A stretch of DNA of 64,000 nt from Selenomonadaceae bacterium (GCA_017527075.1 JAFXQM010000009.1:45419-109418); one strand, 5' to 3'; positions 27,971 to 37,226 are shown, counted from the stretch's first letter. Numbers and translations: made by a program. The notes: generated from the sequence alone by a model not told the origin.

Positions 27971-28046
27971 TGTTAGTTAGGAATTAGGAGTTAGGAGTTA
28001 GGAGTTGAAATTCTAACAGCTAACAACTAACAGCTTTCAGCTAATC
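27971..28046. repeat. heptamer-periodic imperfect inverted repeat (TTAGGAG units facing CTAACAG/CTAACAA units)
   Basis: GTTAGTTAGGAATTAGGAGTTAGGAGTTAGGAGTTGAAATTCTAACAGCTAACAACTAACAGC. It belongs to the same motif family as 7118, 27201, 30583, 40581 and 51143. Confidence 0.75.
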
Positions 28047-28152
28047 TGCCGCCAATTTTACTTGCTGATTCTTTTCCTGTCAATAATTCCTTGCCCCGCG
28101 TCTTGAAAAGCTGAAAAATTTATGATACACTTCGACGCGTGAAAGAAGGTGA

Positions 28153-29025
28153 TTGGCTTTGAAAAAAATCGGATTCATCGGGACGGGCATCATGGGCGCG
28201 GCAATGGCAGGTCACCTAATCGACGCGGGCTTTGAGTTGAGCGTTTACAATCGCACGAAGTCCAAGGCACAAGGTCTGCTTGAGCGCGGCGCACGTTGGT
28301 GCGAAACCGTCGGCGAGTGTGCGGCGGGGCAGGACGTCGTGATTACAATCGTCGGTTACCCCAAGGACGTCGAAGAAATTTACTTGGGCGCGGGCGGCAT
28401 CGTCGAGTCGGCAAAGGCGGGTGCTTACCTCGTCGACATGACGACTTCGTCACCGATTCTCGCCGAGAAAATTTTTGCGGCGGCCAAGAAAAAAAATCTC
28501 CACGCCGTTGACGCTCCCGTCACGGGCGGAGATGTCGGCGCGCGCAATGCCACGCTGACGATTTTGGTCGGCGGCGAAGAGGAAGCCTTCAACGCCCTGC
28601 AACCTGTCTTTGCGGCCATGGGCAAGAACGTCGTTTACGAAGGCGCGGCGGGCGCAGGTCAAAAGACGAAGGCCTGCAACCAAATCGCCATTGCCGGAAC
28701 GCTGGCGGGTGTGTGCGAGGCGTTCGCTTATGCCAAGGCGTCGGGGCTCGACGTGGAAAAAGTTTATTCGGCGATTGCAACGGGCGCGGCGGGTTCGTTC
28801 CAGATGACAGGCGTCGCGCGCAAAGGTCTGGACGGCGACTTCAACCCCGGCTTCATGCTCAAGCATTTCGGAAAAGATTTGGCGATTGGCACGGAGACTG
28901 CCACGGCTTACGGCGCGTCGCTCCCGATTTTGGCGATGGTGTTGCACGAGGTTCGCAAGCTTGAACAAGCGGGCGAAGGCGACCTGGGCACGCAAGCTCT
29001 TTTAAAATATTATGGCGTTAAGTGA
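28153..29025 (+). CDS. NAD(P)-dependent 3-hydroxyisobutyrate / 2-hydroxy-3-oxopropionate reductase-family dehydrogenase
   Basis: KIGFIGTGIMGAAMAGHL Rossmann motif, DAPVTGGDVGA, and KACNQIAIAG. The start may be the TTG at 28159. Confidence 0.8.
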   Translation: MALKKIGFIGTGIMGAAMAGHLIDAGFELSVYNRTKSKAQGLLERGARWCETVGECAAGQDVVITIVGYPKDVEEIYLGAGGIVESAKAGAYLVDMTTSSPILAEKIFAAAKKKNLHAVDAPVTGGDVGARNATLTILVGGEEEAFNALQPVFAAMGKNVVYEGAAGAGQKTKACNQIAIAGTLAGVCEAFAYAKASGLDVEKVYSAIATGAAGSFQMTGVARKGLDGDFNPGFMLKHFGKDLAIGTETATAYGASLPILAMVLHEVRKLEQAGEGDLGTQALLKYYGVK

Positions 29026-29043
29026 TTCAAGGAGGGAAAAATT

Positions 29044-29481
29044 TTGATAGACGAATGGAAAAAATTTATTCTCCGCGGAAACGTTTTGGATTTGGCCGTC
29101 GGTGTTGTCATCGGTGCGGCGTTCGGCAAAATCGTTTCCTCGTTCACGGCTGACATCCTCATGCCGCCGCTCGGACTTTTGCTCGGCAAAGTGGACTTTT
29201 CAAATTTCTACATCAATCTTTCGAGCGTCGAATACGAATCGTTCGCCGCAGCCAAGGAGGCGGGCGCGCCCATCATCGCTTACGGCGCGTTCCTCAACAC
29301 GTGCCTCGACTTCCTGATTGTTGCAACCGCGATTTTCATTTTGATTAAGCAGGTCAATCGATTCATGCCGGCACCTCCTCCTCCGCCGCCCGACCCGCGC
29401 AAGTGCCCCTTCTGCCGTGAAGTCGTTGCCGACGACGCGACCAAGTGCCCGCATTGCGCTTCCGACATCAAAGGCAAATGA
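29044..29481 (+). CDS. mscL: large-conductance mechanosensitive channel MscL with a C-terminal Pro-rich linker and CxxC...CxxC tail
   Basis: WKKFILRGNVLDLAVGVVIGAAFGKIVSSFTADILMPPLG is canonical MscL. The tail is PAPPPPPPDPRKCPFCREVVADDATKCPHCAS. Confidence 0.85.
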   Translation: MIDEWKKFILRGNVLDLAVGVVIGAAFGKIVSSFTADILMPPLGLLLGKVDFSNFYINLSSVEYESFAAAKEAGAPIIAYGAFLNTCLDFLIVATAIFILIKQVNRFMPAPPPPPPDPRKCPFCREVVADDATKCPHCASDIKGK

Positions 29482-29511
29482 GCTGTCAGCTGTTAGAATA
29501 AAAAAATTTTT

Positions 29512-29545
29512 CCCCGCCGCTCTCCGTGAGTGACGGGTAAATTTT
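29512..29545. terminator. terminator module after mscL (A-run, hairpin, T-run), copy 1
   Basis: AAAAAAATTTTT-CCCCGCCGCTCTCCGTGAGTGACGGG-TAAATTTTTTT. A second copy lies at 29756-29790. Confidence 0.55.
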
Positions 29546-29755
29546 TTTGTCCGCGCAGATTATTTTTTCTTGAACTTCGTGCCTTTGAGCGTGTCGGAAC
29601 CAAATCCGCCAAGAAGTTTTTCGTTGCCCTTGCCGCCGAGAATGGAATCGTTACCGCTTGTCGTTGAGAACGTCTCACCCGAAATGCTCGGCGTCGAAGT
29701 TTCATTGAAGCCCACGATTGAATCGCTTGTCAAAGGCTTGGCACAAAAAATTTTT

Positions 29756-29790
29756 CCCCGCCGCTCGTGATGAGTGACGGGGATTTTTTA
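29756..29790. terminator. terminator module downstream of codY, copy 2 (possibly bidirectional)
   Basis: AAAAAATTTTT-CCCCGCCGCTCGTGATGAGTGACGGGG-ATTTTTTAT. Confidence 0.55.
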
Positions 29791-29806
29791 TTTCTTGCCG
29801 CGGAAT

Positions 29807-30565
29807 TTATCTGCGGAGCTTTTGAACTTCCTCCATGAGGTATTCGTTTTTGATTTTTATGTAAGTGCCCTTCATGCCCAGAGACTTGGACTCGATGACG
29901 CCCGCCGATTCAAATTTGCGCAAGGCGTTGACGATGACGGAGCGAGTGATGCCGACGCGGTCAGCGATTTTGCTCGCGACGAGAAGACCTTCGTTGCCGT
30001 TGAGTTCGCTCAAGATGTTCACGGCAGCCTCCGCCTCCGAGTAGCTCAGCGTCGCCAGCGCAATTTGAACGGTTGCCTTCTTGCGCGCCTCAATCTCAAC
30101 CTTCTCGGTGTGGTCGCGCAAAATTTCCATGCCGACAACCGTCGCGCCGTACTCGGCCAGGAGCAAATCGTCGTCCGTAAATTTTTCGTCGTTGCGGGCG
30201 ACAATCAGCGTGGCGATTCTGCGCCCCACGCCGTAAATCGGAACGATTGTGAGGTTCTTGCCGGTCACGGGCGAGCCACCGTCTTTGTCAGCGTAACTTT
30301 TCGGATTGACTTGCGTCTCGTCGAAGCGATTGAGCCATTTGACATAAGGCGCGGGGAAATTGCCGTTGTCGATGATTTCTTCGAGCGCGAAATTTTCGTC
30401 GTCATCGTCAATCAAGGCGTGACCGTAGAACTCGCCCTTCTTGCCGGCGATGTAGACGTTTGCCTTGAGGACGTTGCTCAGGACTCGCGAAATCCCGTCG
30501 TACTCCACATTTTCGGAACGCTGGAGCAGCTTGTTAATTTTCCTCGTTTTCTCCAAAAGCGTCAT
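29807..30565 (-). CDS. codY: GTP/BCAA-sensing global regulator CodY
   Basis: MTLLEKTRKINKLLQ..., followed by a GAF-like domain and the wHTH ASKIADRVGITRSVIVNALRKFESAGVIESKSLGMKGTYIKI. Confidence 0.92.
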   Translation of the reverse strand: MTLLEKTRKINKLLQRSENVEYDGISRVLSNVLKANVYIAGKKGEFYGHALIDDDDENFALEEIIDNGNFPAPYVKWLNRFDETQVNPKSYADKDGGSPVTGKNLTIVPIYGVGRRIATLIVARNDEKFTDDDLLLAEYGATVVGMEILRDHTEKVEIEARKKATVQIALATLSYSEAEAAVNILSELNGNEGLLVASKIADRVGITRSVIVNALRKFESAGVIESKSLGMKGTYIKIKNEYLMEEVQKLRR

Positions 30566-30582
30566 ATCAAAAACTCTCCTTT

Positions 30583-30662
30583 GTTAGGAGTTAGGTGTTA
30601 GGAGGCAGGTGTTAGGTGTTTTGTCCCTAAATCCCAAATCCCAAATCCTAAATCCTGAATTT
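30583..30662. repeat. heptamer-periodic imperfect inverted repeat between apbE and codY
   Basis: GTTAGGAGTTAGGTGTTAGGAGGCAGGTGTTAGGTG ... CCCTAAATCCCAAATCCCAAATCCTAAATCCTGAA. Confidence 0.7.
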
Positions 30663-30745
30663 GGCGTTGCTCAATATCCTACGTTTATACTAGCACGAAA
30701 TTCGATAATGTCAAATTAGTTTTCAGAATTTTTTATGCAAGCCTT

Positions 30746-31663
30746 TCACGGCGCAGAAAAAATTTTCGCCGCGATTTTATTTTCCGTCAAAAATTTTTCC
30801 GTCCGCTCCTTGCCTAGGACGAAAGCGGTCGTGCTCAAGATGTCGGCGAGCGTCGCGCAATTTTTTTCTCTGCCGCCCACGATGACACTCACGGAAAAAT
30901 TTTCGGCTTCGGCGGGCGCGCAAGTCTTCGGGTCGATGATGTGATGGTAGCGGCGGCCGTCGGCGATGAAAAATTTTTCGTAATCGCCCGAAGTGCTCAG
31001 CGCACAATCCTCAAGCTCGACGACGCCGGAAATTTCTTCGGCGCGCGGATTTTTTATTCCGATTTTCTTTTTGCCCACGGCGAAGATTGTGCTCGTGCCG
31101 AAGTCAATCAAGCCGCTCGTCACTCCATGCGCAACGAAAATTTTCCGCGCCACGTCCACGCCGTAACCTTTGCCCACGCCGCCCAAATTTATTTTCACGC
31201 CGCGCCTGTCCAAGTAAGCTTCGCCGCCGCGCAGGTGCAGATGTTCGTGCCCGACGAAATTTTTCACGGCGATGAGTTCGTCGGCGGTCGGGACGCGCGG
31301 ATTTTCCGTGCCGATTCCCCACAGCTCGACGGCGGCTCCAATCGTCACGTCGAAAGCTCCGTCCGTCAGCGCGGAAAATTTCTGCGCGGCCGTCAAAATT
31401 TCGTAAACGTCGGAAGAAATTTTCACGAAGGCTCCGTTGCCCGCCGCGTCCTCGATTTTTTTCACGTCGGCGGAAATTTTTTTCTCCAGCTCGAAGAGTG
31501 CAAGGAAACTTTCGTCGAGGGCAGCGCGCGAATTTTTTCCTTCCGCCTTGAGCGTGACGACCGTGCCCATCAAAATTTCCGTGCGCTCAAAATTTTTCGG
31601 CGAGTCGCAGTCCGCGCTTAAGACCGTCACAAAAAAAATTATCACTGCGAAAAATTTTTTCAT
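30746..31663 (-). CDS. apbE: FAD:protein FMN transferase (ApbE family) lipoprotein
   Basis: Signal/lipobox FFVTVLSADC. MGTVVTL, DGAFDVTIG, INLGGVGKGYGVD and ALSTSGDYEKFF..GRRYHHIIDPKT are ApbE motifs. Confidence 0.85.
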   Translation of the reverse strand: MKKFFAVIIFFVTVLSADCDSPKNFERTEILMGTVVTLKAEGKNSRAALDESFLALFELEKKISADVKKIEDAAGNGAFVKISSDVYEILTAAQKFSALTDGAFDVTIGAAVELWGIGTENPRVPTADELIAVKNFVGHEHLHLRGGEAYLDRRGVKINLGGVGKGYGVDVARKIFVAHGVTSGLIDFGTSTIFAVGKKKIGIKNPRAEEISGVVELEDCALSTSGDYEKFFIADGRRYHHIIDPKTCAPAEAENFSVSVIVGGREKNCATLADILSTTAFVLGKERTEKFLTENKIAAKIFSAP

Positions 31664-31717
31664 GCCGAGTGATTCGCCTCCGAAGATTTTTTGCCCTGCG
31701 CTCCGATAAAATTTTTC

Positions 31718-31915
31718 TCGCCCCCGAAAAATTTTCCGTGAGCCGCGAGGATTTTTTTGTCGCCGAAAATATTTCCGTGAGCCGTGATTTCTCTCTCGCC
31801 GCCGAAAATTTTTCCGTGAGCCATGATTTTTTCCTCGCCGCCGAAAATATTTCCGTGAGCCGTGATTTCTTCCTCGCCGCCGAAAATATTTCCGTGAGCC
31901 GCGATTTTTTATTCG
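31718..31915. repeat. tandem array of five ~39-nt units upstream of the iron-uptake operon promoter
   Basis: The units are at 31718-31760, 31761-31798, 31799-31837, 31838-31876 and 31877-31915, with consensus CCGCCGAAAATATTTCCGTGAGCCGTGATTTCTTCCTCG. Confidence 0.9.
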
Positions 31916-31935
31916 ATAAAAATTTTCAAGCGATA

Positions 31936-31964
31936 TTGCCTTGCAAAATTTTCTGTGCTAAAAT
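31936..31964 (+). promoter_or_regulatory. sigma-70-like promoter for exbB
   Basis: TTGCCT (31936-31941), a 17-nt spacer, then TAAAAT (31959-31964), about 45 nt before the exbB start. Confidence 0.45.
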
Positions 31965-32009
31965 GCCGCAAGTTGAAACCAGTTATCATTGAACAGGAGA
32001 GATTTTATT

Positions 32010-32681
32010 TTGGAAGTCGTTGAACTTTTCGCCAAGGGCGGACCGGTCATGTATCTGCTGCTCATCAGCTCGATTGCCGTCGCCGCCATTGGCATTGAAC
32101 GTTTCAGATTTTATCGATACGCCGGCCACGAGAGCGAAAATTTTTTGTCCCTGCTGAAGGAAAGTTTCAAGCGGCAAAATCTCGGCGAAGTTCTTGGCTT
32201 TTGCAACCGAGAAAATTCTTGCGTCGGGCTCGTGGCGGCGGCGGGCGTCAAGGCGGCTGTCGCGGGCGAGAACGTCGAACTCGCGCTCAACACTGCTTAC
32301 GATGAGGAGGCAATGAGACTTCGCGCGCGACTGAATTATCTTTCCATGATTGTCACGCTCGCGCCGCTGCTCGGCTTGCTCGGCACAATCAGCGGCATGA
32401 TTGAGTCGTTCAATATCTTCAGCATTCAGGCGGGTCAGCCGCTTGCGATAACCGGCGGCATCGGCGAGGCATTAATCGCGACGGCGACGGGTCTTTGCGT
32501 TTCAATCTTCGCGCTCATCGTTCACACTTACTTCGCCCAAAAGCTCGACGAAAATTTAACCGCGCTCGACAAAACGGTCAACATCGTGCTCGCTTATGCA
32601 AACGCCGACGGAAAATCTGTCGCCAACGAAAATTCTGAAGCTCCGCAAGAGACGGAAAAGTCGGAAGGATTTTTATTATGA
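32010..32681 (+). CDS. exbB: MotA/TolQ/ExbB-family proton channel
   Basis: LFAKGGPVMYLLLISSIAVAAIGIERF ... LAPLLGLLGTISGMIESF ... GIGEALIATATGLCVSIFALI. TTG at 32010 lies 9 nt after GGAGAG. Confidence 0.8.
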   Translation: MEVVELFAKGGPVMYLLLISSIAVAAIGIERFRFYRYAGHESENFLSLLKESFKRQNLGEVLGFCNRENSCVGLVAAAGVKAAVAGENVELALNTAYDEEAMRLRARLNYLSMIVTLAPLLGLLGTISGMIESFNIFSIQAGQPLAITGGIGEALIATATGLCVSIFALIVHTYFAQKLDENLTALDKTVNIVLAYANADGKSVANENSEAPQETEKSEGFLL

Positions 32682-33091
32682 GCCGCCGCCGTGACTTCCG
32701 CGAGAAAACTCAGCCGCTCGTCATGATTATCCCGATGATTGACATAATGCTCTTCCTGCTCGTGTTCTTCATGATAAGCACGATTTACATGGTGCAGACC
32801 AACACCCTGCCCGTGAGCCTGCCGCAGTCGTCGACCGCCAAGCAAGAGACGCGCCCGAATGTCGTGCCGATAACCGTGCTCGAAACCGGCGACGTGCTCT
32901 TCGACAAGGACACCGTGCCCAACCAACAGCTCGCCGAAAAAGTTCACAAAGCTCTGGAGCAGGACAAGGATACAATCTTCGTGCTGCGCGGCGATAAGGC
33001 GGCTCGTTATGAAAGCGTCGTGGCTGTGCTCGACCTGCTGAAAAAATCGGGGGCGTATCGCGTGTCGATTGCCACGGAGATGAAAAAGTGA
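32678..33091 (+). CDS. exbD: biopolymer transport protein ExbD/TolR
   Basis: A single N-terminal TM helix (IIPMIDIMLFLLVFFMI) is followed by ...FVLRGDKAARYESVVAVLDLLKKSG. Confidence 0.85.
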   Translation: MSRRRDFREKTQPLVMIIPMIDIMLFLLVFFMISTIYMVQTNTLPVSLPQSSTAKQETRPNVVPITVLETGDVLFDKDTVPNQQLAEKVHKALEQDKDTIFVLRGDKAARYESVVAVLDLLKKSGAYRVSIATEMKK

Positions 33092-33807
33092 TGGGTTACT
33101 CAACTTATTGGCGGACGACAATTTTCGCGGCGATTGCTTTCCACTTCCTGACGGCGTTGGGATTTTCATACGTCTTGCCGCACCTCATGCCCGAACCGAA
33201 AATCGAAGACGTGGCGGAGTTTGAATGGGTTGACGTGGATTTGCTCCCGCCCGACGTGACAGTCATCGAAGCCGAGGCAATTCCTTCTGAAACCGTGCAA
33301 GAAACTTTGCCGACGTTCAACGCGCGAGATTTGTTCGTGCCGGACTTAAGCGTGCCCGAACCGATAATCGCCGAGGAAACTCCACCGCCGCCCGAAGTCA
33401 AACCGCTTGAGCCGCCCAAACCTCCTCCGCCGCCGCAAGTCGTAACCAACGAACAAGAGGCGCAACAAAAAGTTCAGAGCGAGGAACCGCCCAAGGAAGT
33501 CGTCGTCGTGCCGGCAAATGCAAAACAGCAGATGGGTCAGCCGCCCGTCACTATTACGGAAGTTTATCCCGAAAAAGGCAGCGGGCTCGGTTATCGCGGT
33601 TACGTTTCAATCGCCGCGACAATCGGCAAGGACGGCAAGGTCAAGGCGACAAAAGTCATGCGCACTTCGGGCAGATATTTCGTCGACGAGATTGCGCGCA
33701 AGGCCGCCATGCAGTGGACGTTCAAGCCCGCGCTCGACCAAGAGGGCAAGCCCATGGTCTGCGACAAAATTATTACCTTTGACTTCAAAAAATTTTCCGA
33801 GGCTTAA
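33088..33807 (+). CDS. tonB: energy transducer TonB
   Basis: N-terminal TM helix, a Pro-rich spacer (ETPPPPEVKPLEPPKPPPPPQ) and a C-terminal TonB domain (GYVSIAATIGKDGKV...AAMQWTFKPALDQEGKP). Confidence 0.78.
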   Translation: MMGYSTYWRTTIFAAIAFHFLTALGFSYVLPHLMPEPKIEDVAEFEWVDVDLLPPDVTVIEAEAIPSETVQETLPTFNARDLFVPDLSVPEPIIAEETPPPPEVKPLEPPKPPPPPQVVTNEQEAQQKVQSEEPPKEVVVVPANAKQQMGQPPVTITEVYPEKGSGLGYRGYVSIAATIGKDGKVKATKVMRTSGRYFVDEIARKAAMQWTFKPALDQEGKPMVCDKIITFDFKKFSEA

Positions 33808-33808
33808 G

Positions 33809-34993
33809 ATGAAAAAATTTTTACTGTTAATGATTGCGGGGCTGTTGATTTTTTCCGCGCAAGCCGAAGCGTCTCCGAAATGGAACGAACTCGCCGCGCA
33901 AATTGAATCGACCGTTCGTGAGGCCGTCGAAATTTATAAGACGGGTGACGGGCGCGCCGCCAAAGAAAAAATCAACGACGCATACTACGGCATTTACGAA
34001 AAGGAAGGACTCGAATCGACTTTGCGCGTGAGCGTTTCAAGCAAATCTGTCGGCTTGACGGAGTATCAGTTTTACAAAGTCAAGAAGGCAATGCTTGCCG
34101 GCGACCCGCTCGAAAAAGTTCAGCAGGAAGCCGATACGCTGATTCAGATGGTTTACGAGAACGTCGACGCGCTCCAAAATGCTCACGGCGTCGGCGGAGG
34201 CTGGGCGTCGTTCCTGCCCGCGTTCCTGATTCTGATTCGCGAGGGACTTGAGGCAATTTTGGTTCTCGTCGCCATAATCGCTTACCTGAAGAAGAGCGGC
34301 AACGAAAAACATTTGGACACGGTTTACAACGCGATGATTGCCGCGATAATTGTCAGCTTCGCGACGGCGTATCTTTTCGCCACGATGATTGAGTCGACGA
34401 CGGCGGGCGCGGGGCGCGAGATTTTGGAAGGCGCAACGGCTCTGTTCGCGGTCGTCGTGTTGATTGGGACGAGTGCCTGGCTCGGCGGGAAAGCCGACGC
34501 AAAAGTTTGGAAGAAATATATTCAGGGCATGGTCGACAAATCGATGACGAGCGGCAAGGCAAAAGCTCTGGCGTTGGCGGCGTTCCTTGCGGTCTATCGC
34601 GAGGGCGCGGAAGTCATTTTGTTCTATCAGGCTCTGTTCAACAATTCGTCGAGTGATGTCGAAATGATTTGGGCGGGATTCGTCGCGGGCTGTGTCGTCG
34701 TTGCGATTTTATTCTTCGCGCTGCAGAAGGGAGTCTTGCGCATTCCGCTGAAACCGTTCTTCCTGTTCACGAGCGTGCTGATGTATTTGCTGGCGATAAC
34801 GTTCGCGGGCGGCGGCATTCGTGAGTTGCAAGAAGGCGGCGTCTTCGGGCAAACCCCGCTGGAGTTCGTGCCGACAATCGACGTGCTTGGCATTTATCCG
34901 ACGGTCGAAACTTTCGGCGTGCAAGTCGCGCTGCTTGCCTTGGGCGTCGGAGCATTTCTTTACCGCAAACGTCAGGCGGCAGCAGATGAATAA
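33809..34993 (+). CDS. FTR1-family high-affinity iron permease with an N-terminal periplasmic domain
   Basis: Signal peptide MKKFLLLMIAGLLIFSAQAEA. The two RExxE motifs are REGLEAILV and REGAEVILF. ATG at 33809 is internal to the longer ORF-track frame. Confidence 0.85.
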   Translation: MKKFLLLMIAGLLIFSAQAEASPKWNELAAQIESTVREAVEIYKTGDGRAAKEKINDAYYGIYEKEGLESTLRVSVSSKSVGLTEYQFYKVKKAMLAGDPLEKVQQEADTLIQMVYENVDALQNAHGVGGGWASFLPAFLILIREGLEAILVLVAIIAYLKKSGNEKHLDTVYNAMIAAIIVSFATAYLFATMIESTTAGAGREILEGATALFAVVVLIGTSAWLGGKADAKVWKKYIQGMVDKSMTSGKAKALALAAFLAVYREGAEVILFYQALFNNSSSDVEMIWAGFVAGCVVVAILFFALQKGVLRIPLKPFFLFTSVLMYLLAITFAGGGIRELQEGGVFGQTPLEFVPTIDVLGIYPTVETFGVQVALLALGVGAFLYRKRQAAADE

Positions 34994-35050
34994 GCTGTGC
35001 GCGGAAAATTTCCGTTGACATAGAAAAAATTTTTTGAGGAGTTGTGAATC

Positions 35051-35608
35051 ATGTTTATGCCCAAAAAAGTTAAGAGCTTGCTCGCGGCGGGAGCTGCGGC
35101 GTTGAGTCTGTTCGCATTCAATCCGAACGCGCTCGCTTTCCAAGAATATCCGATTGGCGACGAGATTGAGGACACGGAGAACCATTTCAAAGTCGCGCTC
35201 GTTTACTTCCAGCCGGTGCCCATGGAGCCGCAAGGTATGATGCTCTCGCCCGACCAAGCCGACATCCACATTGAGACCGACATCCACGCCACCGAGGGCA
35301 ACGAGTGCGGCTTCGGCGTCGGCGAATGGATTCCGTACATGCGCGTCGAGTACAAGTTCACCAAACGCGGCGGCGACCCTCAAGGTCCGATTACCGGCAC
35401 CTTCATGCCCATGAGCGCGGACGACGGTCCTCATTACGGCGCGAACGTCAAAATGCACGGCGCGGGCACTTACGATTGCGAATTCCGCTTCCATGCCCCC
35501 GAAGGTTACGCCCTGCACACCGACGCCGACACAGGAGTCCCCGGCCGCTTCTGGAAGAAACCCGTCGTCATGAAGTGGACTTTCAATTACACGCCCCGCA
35601 AATGGTAA
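35051..35608 (+). CDS. periplasmic iron-transport protein of the P19 / Tp34 (FtrA-like) family
   Basis: Signal peptide, then EYPIGDEIEDTENHFKVALVYFQPVPMEP...HIETDIHATEGNECGFGVGEWIPYMRVEYKF, as in Campylobacter P19. Confidence 0.85.
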   Translation: MFMPKKVKSLLAAGAAALSLFAFNPNALAFQEYPIGDEIEDTENHFKVALVYFQPVPMEPQGMMLSPDQADIHIETDIHATEGNECGFGVGEWIPYMRVEYKFTKRGGDPQGPITGTFMPMSADDGPHYGANVKMHGAGTYDCEFRFHAPEGYALHTDADTGVPGRFWKKPVVMKWTFNYTPRKW

Positions 35609-35726
35609 AAAAAGAGAGCGTCCGAAAACGCCCGTAAAAATTTGTCCAATAAGATTATCGCACAAAAATTTTTCCCTGTCGAGATTTTCGGCGGGGTTTA
35701 TTCTGTTTAAGTGAGGTGAAAAATTT

Positions 35727-36980
35727 TTGCTCCAAACTTTCCTGCAACAATTCATCCCCGCCATGGAAGAGGGCTTGATGCTCGGCGTGCCGCTCGGAAT
35801 TTTATTCGTGCTGATTCGTCGGCTGCCGCATGAAGATTATAAAAAATCTTTCCGCTCCGCGCTCAAGTGGGGCTTCTGGCTTTCGATATTCCTCGTCGCC
35901 GTCAGGGTCGGCACACGCAACGCCGTCAGCCGCGAACTGCTGGAGGGCGCCGCGACTTTTGTCACGCTGCTCGCCGAAGCCGTCATCCTTTCCAAATTTC
36001 TCGGCGCAAACGAAAATTTCAGCAAGCCGTTAAAAATTTCAATCGCCGCCGCCGTCATGACTCTCTTCCTGTATCACGGCTTCGAGTTGTGGTTGATTCC
36101 GACGGGCTCGGTCGTCGCCGCGCTCGGTGATTATTTCACGGTCGAGTTTTTCACGAAAATTTTGGGCTTCGTCAGCGGCGCACTCTTTGCGTTCGTCAGC
36201 TCGTTCATGATTTACAAAGCCGCCGACGCTCTCAACCAAGCCAGATTAAAATTTGTGTTCGCGGTCATCTTCGCGGCGTGCATGATTCGCCAAATAATTT
36301 TCCTCGTGCAAGTGCTCATGGCTCGCGACGTGCTCAGCGGCGAAATGTGGATGGATTTAATGGCACCCGTCATCAACAACTCAAGCCTGCTGATTTTTGT
36401 CATCTTCGCGGCGATTCTCGTCTTGCCGATAACTTTATTTTCTCAACCAAGACCCGAACGCCTGCCGAGTTACAATCCCGCCGAGTACAGAAAAATTTTG
36501 GCGCAGGCGATTCACAAGAGACGCTGGGGCGCGGGCGTGATAATTTCTTTGGCGCTCATGACGACGACTTCAAGCGCGGGCTCTTACGTCGCGAACAAGC
36601 AAGCGGAAATTGTCCCTGCCGTTCCCGTCGTCGCCGAGGCCGGCTCCGTCGACGTGGATTTGGAGGTCGTCAAGGACGGACACCTGCACCGCTTCGTTTA
36701 TCGCGCGTCGACCGGCGAGATGGTTCGGTACATTGTGATTCTCAAGGGCGGCTCGGCTTACGGCGTCGGCTTGGACGCGTGCGAAATTTGTGGAGCGACA
36801 GGTTATTATGAGCGCGACGATAACCAAGTCGTTTGCAAGCTGTGCGACGTGCAGATGAACAAAGCGACGATTGGCACGCGCGGAGGCTGCAACCCGATTC
36901 CGATTGAGTACTCAATCGCCGACGGCAAGTTGAAAGTTCCGCAGGCCGAACTGGAGAAGCACGCGAAAATTTTTCAATGA
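35727..36980 (+). CDS. membrane protein with a C-terminal Cys-rich DUF2318 domain (P19-cluster Cj1660-like)
   Basis: The N-terminus is polytopic and the tail reads GLDACEICGATGYYERDDNQVVCKLCDVQMN...GGCNPIP. The start is uncertain. Confidence 0.7.
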   Translation: MLQTFLQQFIPAMEEGLMLGVPLGILFVLIRRLPHEDYKKSFRSALKWGFWLSIFLVAVRVGTRNAVSRELLEGAATFVTLLAEAVILSKFLGANENFSKPLKISIAAAVMTLFLYHGFELWLIPTGSVVAALGDYFTVEFFTKILGFVSGALFAFVSSFMIYKAADALNQARLKFVFAVIFAACMIRQIIFLVQVLMARDVLSGEMWMDLMAPVINNSSLLIFVIFAAILVLPITLFSQPRPERLPSYNPAEYRKILAQAIHKRRWGAGVIISLALMTTTSSAGSYVANKQAEIVPAVPVVAEAGSVDVDLEVVKDGHLHRFVYRASTGEMVRYIVILKGGSAYGVGLDACEICGATGYYERDDNQVVCKLCDVQMNKATIGTRGGCNPIPIEYSIADGKLKVPQAELEKHAKIFQ

Positions 36981-36989
36981 GGTGACGCC

Positions 36990-37223
36990 ATGAAGAAAAA
37001 TTTTACTCTCGACATGATTTTATTCGTGAGCGCGCTGATTTGCTTCGTCACGGGAATTTTGATGGACTTTCACGCGATACCGGGCGGCAAAGAGATGCGG
37101 CGACCGTTCAGACTTGCACACACGTACAGCGGTTACGTCATGGCGGTCGGCGTGCTGATTCATCTTGCGTGGCACGTCGAGTGGATTAAAAATTCGGCGC
37201 GGAAAATTTTTGGGAGGACTTGA
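36990..37223 (+). CDS. small two-TM membrane protein (DUF4405-like)
   Basis: The 77-aa ORF has two hydrophobic helices with conserved His residues (DFHAIPG, HLAWHVEW) and is tightly packed in the operon. Confidence 0.5.
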   Translation: MKKNFTLDMILFVSALICFVTGILMDFHAIPGGKEMRRPFRLAHTYSGYVMAVGVLIHLAWHVEWIKNSARKIFGRT

Positions 37224-37226
37224 AAA

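Noticed and set aside
29493-29770. ORFs 29493..29705(-) and 29570..29770(+) in the mscL-codY spacer.
   Set aside because: Neither has motifs or an RBS. The only protein-like signal here is the RTX-like frame, which I report separately with low confidence.
31669-31992. ORF 31669..31992(+) with the repetitive peptide FLAAENISVSRDFF.
   Set aside because: It is simply the translation of the 39-nt (13-codon) tandem array. It has no RBS and lies in a promoter-proximal spacer.
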